A stretch of DNA of 64,000 nt from an uncultured Bacilli bacterium (GTDB lineage Bacteria > Bacillota_I > Bacilli_A > RF39 > UBA660). A program made the position numbers and the translations under genes. The first letter of the stretch is position 1, and each line of letters starts with the position of its first letter. The notes under the pieces are model-generated. The model was not told where the DNA came from and ran no database searches. It was given only the letters and a program-made list of their open reading frames with translations. The stretch is taken from assembly GCA_934167695.1 (NCBI GenBank), contig CAKPLP010000007.1, forward strand, positions 658-64,657. Direction: 5' to 3'. This document shows positions 48,735 through 55,842 of this stretch, piece by piece.

Positions 48735-49130
48735 TTAACAAATATTTTCTAAAGCAAGATCACTTAAGCAAGAAACTACACACATACATTTTAAATTAAC
48801 AGTAACAAAATTATTAGTAGCCGAATATGTTTGTGTAGTAGTATCAAATGCTAAAATTCTAAGCTTAGCACAGCAATCACATACATGTTCTACCCTAAAA
48901 ACACTACTAGTATTAGCAGTACCACCAGAAGTATAATTTACTGTAAATAAACTACCATTACATGTATATAAAGTTATTGGTCTAGTGTTATAGCAAGTGT
49001 TTATTTGAGTAGGCCCTAAGAATGGTTTATCACACCCCTCACTACAACAAGAGTCAACAGTTGAATTTTTTTGCAGTATTTCAATAACTTTTAGAATTTT
49101 AGCAACGCAGCAACTATCATTATTAACCAT
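48735..49130 (-). CDS. CotY/CotZ-family cysteine-rich spore coat/exosporium protein (tandem paralog)
   Basis: Same motifs (CCSEGCDKPFLGPT, VFRVEHVCDCCAKLRIL, VNLKCMCVVSCL). ATG 49130 is preferred because the GTG at 49139 lies inside the SD AGAGGTG. Confidence 0.75.
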   Translation of the reverse strand: MVNNDSCCVAKILKVIEILQKNSTVDSCCSEGCDKPFLGPTQINTCYNTRPITLYTCNGSLFTVNYTSGGTANTSSVFRVEHVCDCCAKLRILAFDTTTQTYSATNNFVTVNLKCMCVVSCLSDLALENIC

Positions 49131-49156
49131 TATATCCACCTCTTAACTTTCTAGTA

Positions 49157-49184
49157 TAATTTATGTTTATACCCCATTTTTAGT
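49157..49184 (-). promoter_or_regulatory. SigmaK-type (late mother-cell) promoter candidate for the cotY/Z-like pair
   Basis: The minus strand reads AC, 17 nt, CATAAATTA. This matches AC-N16/17-CATAnnnTA and lies ~27 nt upstream of the ATG. Confidence 0.5.
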
Positions 49185-49292
49185 GTAGGTATAATCCTAA
49201 TAAATAATATGTAAAAATATTAAATAGTTTACAATTAAACTTATTCCTTTAATATATAGTCCAAATAATTAGTTAATATTTTTGTAAGTATC

Positions 49293-49321
49293 TTGATACT
49301 GGCATTAAATTATTATATACT
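49293..49321 (+). promoter_or_regulatory. SigmaA-type promoter of leader/surface-protein gene A
   Basis: TTGATA, 17 nt, TATACT. The identical arrangement is conserved at 62425-62453. Confidence 0.55.
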
Positions 49322-49349
49322 TACTATAATATAATAATTAGGAGGAAGT

Positions 49350-49465
49350 ATGAGAGCGTCAATCAAATGTTCTAGTGGGGGGGGGGGGCACTTTACTAGA
49401 ACAATAAATATATTTAGAGATACATAACTTTTGTAGTATAGAAAGATATGAAAGGAGTGTATTAA
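49350..49465 (+). promoter_or_regulatory. Conserved 5' leader with a 25-codon mini-ORF (49350-49427), a G12 tract and a hairpin
   Basis: AGGAGG-aagt-ATG, encoding MRASIKCSSGGGGHFTRTINIFRDT*. Hairpin arms GTTCTAGT (49369-76) and ACTAGAAC (49395-402) enclose G12+CACTTT. Confidence 0.6.
49377..49388 (+). repeat. Homopolymeric G12 tract
   Basis: Counted directly: tctagt + 12 g + cac. This is very unusual in an AT-rich background. Confidence 0.95.
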
Positions 49466-50395
49466 ATGAAAAAAATAAAGAAGAAATATATACTTATAAT
49501 TATAGGAATACTAATAGGATTAGTAATTTCAGTAGGTGGGGTATATGCTGCAGTAACCATTACAGGAAGTAATGTAACATATTCAAATTCTTCCTCAGGT
49601 CTAACTTCAACGACAGTACAAGGAGCAATCGATGAATTAAATAATAAAACAGATATAAGGAAAATGTCCAATTTTGTTTCAGTATATAAATATAGCACAG
49701 CAACATCAACAAAATGTATCACAGGAGAAGAAGATACATGTGTAAAATCAACTTGCCACAAAACTAAAACAAGTGGAAGTTGTCCCGCGGGAACAATAAT
49801 AAAATATAAAGTAAATGATGCTACAGTAGTAACATTCCATGTAATGTTTGACAATGGAAGTACCTTAACAATGCAAAGTCAGAAAAATATCTCCTACAAC
49901 TCGGCATGGTATGGTACTAGTACAAGTGATACTAATACATCAGGCCCCATGTCCTTATTACCATTGTTAGAAAGTATAACTGCAGGCTGGAGTAATGTCA
50001 ATAATCAAACATATACAATGGGTACAACAGTATTTAAAACAAATGCATACACCGGATGTAGTGACTATAACAGTTGTACAACCAATACTTATACTTTAGC
50101 ATCAAGAACATCAAAAGCTCGTATGATAACAGTACAAGAAGCAGCTGCCTTAGGATGTTTAGGTATTTCTACGCCAAAATCATGCCCAATCTGGATGTAT
50201 AATTATTTAAATAACTCAACAAGTTATGGTGGCACAATAAATGATAGTACAGCATCATCTGGTTACTGGACAATGTCCGCTTCTACCAATTCTTTAGTTG
50301 GTGCCTTTTTCATATATTATTATGGCCAGTTGCGATATGATAATTATGTTTGCAGAACACTTGGAGCTAGAGCAGTAGTAGTAGTTTCAAAATAA
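49466..50395 (+). CDS. Secreted Cys-rich lectin-like surface protein, paralog A
   Basis: Signal ending SVGGVYAAVTITG, motif SNVTYSNSSSGLTSTTVQGAIDELN, a Cys-rich core, and C-terminal ...GYWTMS...GARAVVVVSK. Paralog of 62594-63565 and of the C-terminal half of 54436-55773. Confidence 0.75.
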   Translation: MKKIKKKYILIIIGILIGLVISVGGVYAAVTITGSNVTYSNSSSGLTSTTVQGAIDELNNKTDIRKMSNFVSVYKYSTATSTKCITGEEDTCVKSTCHKTKTSGSCPAGTIIKYKVNDATVVTFHVMFDNGSTLTMQSQKNISYNSAWYGTSTSDTNTSGPMSLLPLLESITAGWSNVNNQTYTMGTTVFKTNAYTGCSDYNSCTTNTYTLASRTSKARMITVQEAAALGCLGISTPKSCPIWMYNYLNNSTSYGGTINDSTASSGYWTMSASTNSLVGAFFIYYYGQLRYDNYVCRTLGARAVVVVSK

Positions 50396-50407
50396 ATTTC
50401 ATACTTG

Positions 50408-50436
50408 TTGCAAAATTACAAAAAATATGCTATAAT
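50408..50436 (+). promoter_or_regulatory. Near-consensus sigmaA promoter with extended -10
   Basis: TTGCAA, 17 nt (ending TGc), TATAAT. Confidence 0.6.
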
Positions 50437-50477
50437 ATAGCAGTTTTTTGAAAAAAAGAGGGGGAAAAATAATAAGT

Positions 50478-51554
50478 ATGAAAAATAAAGAACTATTTAT
50501 AGATGGCTACAAACTACCACAACCACTATCAAAGGATGAAACAAACAGACTACTAAAAGAAGTAAGTGAAGGATCAACAACTGCTAGACAATTACTAGCA
50601 GTTCATAATATTCGCTTTGTTATAAAAGAAGTATTAAATACATTCGCTACTGTTGAATATGATAAAGATGAATTAGTATCTATAGGAAATATTGGATTGT
50701 TAAAGGCTATTGATAATTATGATTTAACAAAAGGAGTTAATTTTCTTACCTATACCGTTAGATGTATCGATAATGAAATATTAATGTTTTTAAGAAAATT
50801 AACAAAAGCAAGAAATACAGATAGTTTAGAAAAAGTAATAGGCAATAACGAGGATGGCAGTGAAACAAAATTAAAAGATATATTAAGTACTGATAATGAC
50901 TTATTAGAAAATAAAGAAAAAATTGAAACCTATAAAGCAATTAGAGAAATAGTAAAAAACTTACCAAAAACAGAAAAAGAAATTATAATGTTATATTTTG
51001 GGTTCTATGATGATCAGGTATATACACAAAAGGAAATTGCAGAAGCATTACATCTTTCACAATCATATGTATCAAGAGTTATAAAACGTGCAGTAGAACA
51101 AATCGGTATGGAATTACAATCTCGTGAATTTATAGAACTATCTAAAAAGAAAAAGAAACAACCAAAAGGAAAAAATAATGGTATACAATCAATTTATGAA
51201 TATTTTGAAGAATATACAAAAGAACAAATAAATGATATGTTAGCAAAATTATCATCAGAAGAAATTGAACTAGTTAAATTAAGATATGGTGAAGATCTAG
51301 AAAAGCCAGTACGATTAAAATTAAAAGAAGAATACAAAAATAAATTCTATGGTTATTTACTTCCAAGAATGAAAAAAATGTTAGCAAATCCTGATGTGGA
51401 ATTTAAAAGAGTACATAGAGATCCTAAAAATAAAAAAAATAATTTATCAAGAAAAAAACCAATATCACAAATTTTAGAATTAAATAATAACCAAAACGAG
51501 TTTTTAACTAATGAGAAAAATAATCAATATCAATTAGTAAAACATACTAAATAA
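50478..51554 (+). CDS. Sigma-70 family sigma factor (SigE/SigK-like core) with a ~135-aa C-terminal extension
   Basis: LPQPLSKDETNRLL..., SIGNIGLLKAIDNYD, TYTVRCIDNEILMFLRK (region 2) and TQKEIAEALHLSQSYVSRVIKRA (region 4.2). Then a K-rich linker and SIYEYFEEYTKEQINDMLAKLSSEEIELVKLRYGEDL. Confidence 0.8.
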   Translation: MKNKELFIDGYKLPQPLSKDETNRLLKEVSEGSTTARQLLAVHNIRFVIKEVLNTFATVEYDKDELVSIGNIGLLKAIDNYDLTKGVNFLTYTVRCIDNEILMFLRKLTKARNTDSLEKVIGNNEDGSETKLKDILSTDNDLLENKEKIETYKAIREIVKNLPKTEKEIIMLYFGFYDDQVYTQKEIAEALHLSQSYVSRVIKRAVEQIGMELQSREFIELSKKKKKQPKGKNNGIQSIYEYFEEYTKEQINDMLAKLSSEEIELVKLRYGEDLEKPVRLKLKEEYKNKFYGYLLPRMKKMLANPDVEFKRVHRDPKNKKNNLSRKKPISQILELNNNQNEFLTNEKNNQYQLVKHTK

Positions 51555-51622
51555 AGAAACTACTAGCATTCAGTTCCTTTATTTTTATACAAAATACATC
51601 ATATGATCAAAAAACAATTCTA

Positions 51623-51651
51623 TTTACAACTTTCTAATTATAATATATAAT
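51623..51651 (+). promoter_or_regulatory. SigmaA-type promoter
   Basis: TTTACA, 17 nt, TATAAT. Confidence 0.5.
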
Positions 51652-51691
51652 GAATATATCAAATTTATTAATAATGGAAAGGTGACTAGAA

Positions 51692-52000
51692 ATGTTAGAA
51701 TATATAATAATTGCTTTGATATTAATAATAATTATGTTTGCCATAATTAAAAGTACCAAAAAAGATGTAAATTTAGATTTAAATAAATTAGTAGAATACT
51801 TAGGCGGAAAAGATAATATTATTAAAACAGAAACAGAACTTTCTAGATTTAAAGCCACTTTAAAGGATGTATCCAAAGCCAATAAAGATGGAATTCAAAA
51901 ATTAGGAGCTAAAGGAATTGTTGAAATTGATAATCAGTTGAAAATTATTTTAGGACCGGAATCTAAACAATTAAAGAAGTACATAGACGAGCTAAAATAA
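51692..52000 (+). CDS. Membrane-anchored PTS EIIB(Glc)-like domain protein lacking the active-site Cys
   Basis: TM, then LVEYLGGKDNIIKTETELSRFKATLKD...GAKGIVEIDNQLKIILG. This is colinear with EIIB domains (..LGGK.NI....C.TRLR..L.D), with Glu-Leu in place of Cys. Confidence 0.6.
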   Translation: MLEYIIIALILIIIMFAIIKSTKKDVNLDLNKLVEYLGGKDNIIKTETELSRFKATLKDVSKANKDGIQKLGAKGIVEIDNQLKIILGPESKQLKKYIDELK

Positions 52001-52010
52001 GCTCGTTTTA
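51987..52010 (+). terminator. Rho-independent terminator
   Basis: ACGAGC-taaaataa-GCTCGT plus TTTT, overlapping the stop codon. Confidence 0.5.
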
Positions 52011-52086
52011 TAATCTTTACAAATATTAGTTTTAGTAGTATAATTAACATTCGTCACAAAATGGTGATATGAAAAAAGGTGATTTT

Positions 52087-52731
52087 ATGGAACACGAAAA
52101 AAAGAAAGTTAGTATAACCAAAGAAGAAATAGAAATGCTTCTTTTAAAATATAATTCAGCACTAAAAACATTAGAGAATCATTTAAATATTTTGATTAAT
52201 GATTTTGAATTTAAAAATAGATATATGCCAGTAGAACATGTAAAATCAAGAATAAAAAAATTTGATTCAGCGATTGCAAAACTGTCAAGGAAAAACTATG
52301 ACATAACAGTAGAAAATATAGAAGCACATGTTCATGATATGGTTGGAGTTAGAATAGTATGTTCATTTCTAGACGATGTATATAAAATAAGAGAACTAGT
52401 TAAAAATAGTGATTTTATAACAGTATACGAAGAAAAGGACTATATAAAAAATCCTAAAGAAACAGGATACTCTAGTTATCACTTACTTGTTTATGTCCCT
52501 GTTTACTTATCAGATGGAGTAGAGTTAGTAAAAGCAGAAATTCAAATAAGAACAATGGCAATGGATTTCTGGGCTAGTTTGGATCATAAAATTCAATACA
52601 AATTTGAAGAAAAAATACCAGAAGATGTAATTGAAGAAATGCATAAATGTTCAGTTGACATCAATAACTTGGACAGTAAAATGTTAAGTTTAAATGAAAC
52701 AGTCCAAAGTTACTTAAGCGACGAAGAATAA
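52087..52731 (+). CDS. Small alarmone synthetase (RelP/RelQ-type GTP pyrophosphokinase)
   Basis: DMVGVRIVCSF, GYSSYHLLV and EIQIRTMAMDFWASLDHKIQYK motifs. About 215 aa. Confidence 0.85.
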   Translation: MEHEKKKVSITKEEIEMLLLKYNSALKTLENHLNILINDFEFKNRYMPVEHVKSRIKKFDSAIAKLSRKNYDITVENIEAHVHDMVGVRIVCSFLDDVYKIRELVKNSDFITVYEEKDYIKNPKETGYSSYHLLVYVPVYLSDGVELVKAEIQIRTMAMDFWASLDHKIQYKFEEKIPEDVIEEMHKCSVDINNLDSKMLSLNETVQSYLSDEE

Positions 52732-53237
52732 TGAGTCTTTTAATAATAAGTGATATTCATGGCTCAGATGATAGTCTAAAAAAACTAACTCAAGAAATGC
52801 AAAAAGTTGATAAAATAATAATATTAGGAGATTATTTAAATTACAGTAATGATGAAAATAAAGAACTAATAACTATTTTAAACAATCTAAAAGAAAAAAT
52901 AATAGGTATAAAAGGTAACTGTGATACAGAATATACTAAGTCTCTTTTAAATTTTAAATTACATAATTATTATTTATTAGAAATAGATGGTTTAACCCTA
53001 TTTTTGACACATGGAAACATTGATTATAGTTATTTAATAGATGAAAGTTATATTAAAGTATCAGGGCATACTCATGTATACTTATTAAATGAAAATCAAA
53101 TAAATCCCGGAAGTATTGCCTACCCAAGACTAAATAAGAATAAAACATACATAATATATGAAAATAATACTTTTGAACTATTCGATCTAGATACAAAAGA
53201 GAAAATCAAAAAATTAGTAATAGAAAGGAAAAAATAA
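52731..53237 (+). CDS. YfcE/MJ0936-family metallophosphoesterase
   Basis: LIISDIHGS, GDY, GNCD, THGN and GHTH motifs. Confidence 0.8.
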   Translation: MSLLIISDIHGSDDSLKKLTQEMQKVDKIIILGDYLNYSNDENKELITILNNLKEKIIGIKGNCDTEYTKSLLNFKLHNYYLLEIDGLTLFLTHGNIDYSYLIDESYIKVSGHTHVYLLNENQINPGSIAYPRLNKNKTYIIYENNTFELFDLDTKEKIKKLVIERKK

Positions 53238-53238
53238 T

Positions 53239-54366
53239 ATGATTTATTTAGATTATAGTGCAACAACTCCTGTAAATAATGAAGTTTTAGATACATTTAC
53301 AAAAGCAACTATTACCTTTCCGGGCAACCCTAATTCACTCCATAAATTAGGGCTAGAATCAAAAAAATTAATTGATGCCTCTACTAAACAAATAGCAAAA
53401 TTATTAAATATTCATGAAAATGAAATAATTTATACCTCAGGAGCAACAGAGTCAAACAATACAGCAATAGAAGGAGTTTTGTCTAGATATAGTTCAAGAG
53501 GTAAACATATTATTACAACAAAACTAGAACATTCATCTATTTTAGAAACACTAAAATATTTTGAAAAATTAGGTTATAAAGTAAGTTATGTAAAATTAGA
53601 TGAAAATGGCCAAGTAGATTTAGATGATTTAAAACAATTAATTACAGATGAAACTGTATTAGTAACAATAGCCAGCGTAAATAGTGAAACTGGTGTAAAG
53701 CAAGATTTGAATAAAATAAAAAAGGTCTTACTTCCACATAAAAAGATAATTTTTCATTCTGATGTAACCCAAAGTATAGGTAAAGAGAAAATCGATTTAT
53801 CACCAGTAGATCTAGCCAGTTTTTCAGCCCAAAAATTTTATGGATTAAAAGGAATAGGCTTATTAATAAAAAAAGAACATTTAGAAATCGATCCATTAAT
53901 AAAAGGAGGAAAATCAACTACCATATATAGAAGTGGTACTCCATCCCCAGCCTTAATAGCATCCATGGCTAAAGCTCTGCGTCTTGCCTTAGATAATATA
54001 GATGAAAAATATAGTAAAGTAGAAAACTTAAATAAGTACTTAGTAAGAGAATTACAAAAAATAAAAGAGGTTCATATTAATAGTAACAATTACTCAATAC
54101 CACACATAATAAATATCAGTATAGAAAAAATAAAACCAGAAACTATGTTACATGCCCTTGAACAAAATAATATATACATATCAACCAAAACTGCCTGTAG
54201 TAAAAGTGAAACTATTTCAGAAGCGGTTTATGAGTTAACAAAAAATATGGATTATGCTACTCATTCCTTAAGAATAAGTTTATCATATTTAACTACAAAA
54301 GAAGAGTTAGATATATTTATAAAAGTTTTAAAAGATCAAATAATAAAATTAAAGATATTAAGTTAG
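53239..54366 (+). CDS. Cysteine desulfurase (class V aminotransferase, NifS/IscS-like)
   Basis: IYLDYSATTP, FTSGATESNN-like, HSDVTQ, SAQKFYGLKGIG (PLP Lys) and a ...KTACS active-site loop. Confidence 0.8.
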   Translation: MIYLDYSATTPVNNEVLDTFTKATITFPGNPNSLHKLGLESKKLIDASTKQIAKLLNIHENEIIYTSGATESNNTAIEGVLSRYSSRGKHIITTKLEHSSILETLKYFEKLGYKVSYVKLDENGQVDLDDLKQLITDETVLVTIASVNSETGVKQDLNKIKKVLLPHKKIIFHSDVTQSIGKEKIDLSPVDLASFSAQKFYGLKGIGLLIKKEHLEIDPLIKGGKSTTIYRSGTPSPALIASMAKALRLALDNIDEKYSKVENLNKYLVRELQKIKEVHINSNNYSIPHIINISIEKIKPETMLHALEQNNIYISTKTACSKSETISEAVYELTKNMDYATHSLRISLSYLTTKEELDIFIKVLKDQIIKLKILS

Positions 54367-54390
54367 TACATCACAAAATGTACTTTTTTC
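54365..54390 (+). terminator. Rho-independent terminator
   Basis: AGTACAT-cacaaa-ATGTACT plus TTTTTT. Confidence 0.65.
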
Positions 54391-54435
54391 TTTATAAATA
54401 AAAAAAGTATGTTATAATTAAAATAGGTGAGTAGA

Positions 54436-55773
54436 ATGAATAGAAAAGAATGGAATGATTTTTTTAAAAGTAATAAAGTACTTATCTTATTAATATTATT
54501 ATCATCAGTAGTATTAGTAGGAAGCAGTTATGCATGGTATACATTAAGCATTACATCAGATAAAACTCATACCTTAACAGCAGGTACTTTATCATTAGAA
54601 TTAGGAGAACAAGACACTACTATTAACCTTGTAAACGCTGTTCCGCAAACAGATAAGGAAGGTTTAAAAAATGAGGCTTATACATTTACAATTACCAATA
54701 ATGGTACATTAAGTAGTAACTATGCCGTTTATTTAGATGATGTTGATTTAACTACAGGAAATAGTAGGATGAGTGATTCGGTAATAAAATATAATTTAGT
54801 AAAAAATGATGTATCTCTTGGTACCACATATTTAAACTCTTTAACAAATACCAACGGTTCAAGATCATTAGTAACAGGAAATATTGACCCGGGGGTAACA
54901 ATTACTTTCAAATTATCAATGTGGATTACAGAAGAAGCTACTGTTGATATTTCTGGACAAGAATTTATCGCTAAAATAAGATTAGAAGGAAATCAAGCAT
55001 TAAAATTATGTAAAAGAGCAACAACACTTCATACAGAAACTTGTGCTCAAACCTCTTCAACACAAGCATGCAGTTCTGATGGATATGTAGCAGGATCTAA
55101 AGGAACTACTATTACTTATGGAAATTTAGGAACAAAAGGAAAATTATCAATAGGAGATGCCTTTGACTGCGATGTTAATGGGGACGGAGTATATAATGCT
55201 GAATATGAAAGATTTTATTATATGACAGATATGGATGATGATACAGCAGTTTTAATATATTACAATAATGTAGTAGGAGGAAGTCTATATCATCCAACAG
55301 CTTTTGCCTATGATGATGCTCAAGTAAATAATAATGGTCCAATAACAGCAGCAAAACAACTACCAACAATCAATCAATGGAAAAATGTAAGTTTGAAAAA
55401 TACAAAAAGACAAATATTAAGTGAACTAGGTACAACATCAACTGAAGCTGGAAATTTACCAACAGCATTTAGTTACGATGGATATGCTGCAAGATTATTA
55501 ACATATCAAGAACTATATAATGCTTGTTACTATCCTTCAACACAATCAATTTATTTCTCAGGTGATTGCCGATTTATTTTAGAAAATACTAAATATTCAA
55601 ATAATAGTAATTTAACTGGAATTTGGTTAGAAACTCCAGCAGCTCAGACTACAGTTCATGCAGAATATGTTAGCGGACTAGATAAATCAACAGGACAGTT
55701 GCATGTATTTGATAATAGTGACTTTGGTGTTCGCCCAGTAATAGAAGTTACAAAATCCAGAATATTATATTAA
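54436..55773 (+). CDS. Secreted two-module protein: TasA-like N-module plus Cys-rich lectin-like C-module
   Basis: Signal ending GSSYAWYTLS, then GTLSLELGEQDTTINLVNAVPQTDKEGLKNEAYTFTITNNGT...FKLSMWIT. Then CKRATTLHTETC...GDAFDCDVNGDG...ARLLTYQEL...GVRPVIEV. Confidence 0.75.
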   Translation: MNRKEWNDFFKSNKVLILLILLSSVVLVGSSYAWYTLSITSDKTHTLTAGTLSLELGEQDTTINLVNAVPQTDKEGLKNEAYTFTITNNGTLSSNYAVYLDDVDLTTGNSRMSDSVIKYNLVKNDVSLGTTYLNSLTNTNGSRSLVTGNIDPGVTITFKLSMWITEEATVDISGQEFIAKIRLEGNQALKLCKRATTLHTETCAQTSSTQACSSDGYVAGSKGTTITYGNLGTKGKLSIGDAFDCDVNGDGVYNAEYERFYYMTDMDDDTAVLIYYNNVVGGSLYHPTAFAYDDAQVNNNGPITAAKQLPTINQWKNVSLKNTKRQILSELGTTSTEAGNLPTAFSYDGYAARLLTYQELYNACYYPSTQSIYFSGDCRFILENTKYSNNSNLTGIWLETPAAQTTVHAEYVSGLDKSTGQLHVFDNSDFGVRPVIEVTKSRILY

Positions 55774-55777
55774 TAAT

Positions 55778-55809
55778 AAAAAACATTTAATTGAATTAGA
55801 TGTTTTTTT
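55778..55809 (+). terminator. Rho-independent terminator
   Basis: 13-bp stem (55778-90 / 55796-808, one G.U) running into a T run. Confidence 0.65.
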
Positions 55810-55842
55810 ATTTTATACTATTACTAAAGGTAGGCGAAGTAA

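Noticed and set aside
49350-49465. The idea that G-tract slippage fuses the mini-ORF to the main ORF (a classic translational on/off switch)
   Set aside because: All three reading frames downstream of the tract hit stop codons (TAA at 49425, an earlier TAG, an earlier TAA) well before the ATG at 49466. Any effect must therefore be indirect, through structure, coupling or pausing.
49466-50395. Diversity-generating retroelement target (lectin-like C-terminus that varies between paralogs)
   Set aside because: No reverse transcriptase gene was seen in the window, and I noticed no template repeat with adenine-specific mismatches. The differences between paralogs include indels and are not restricted to A-templated positions.
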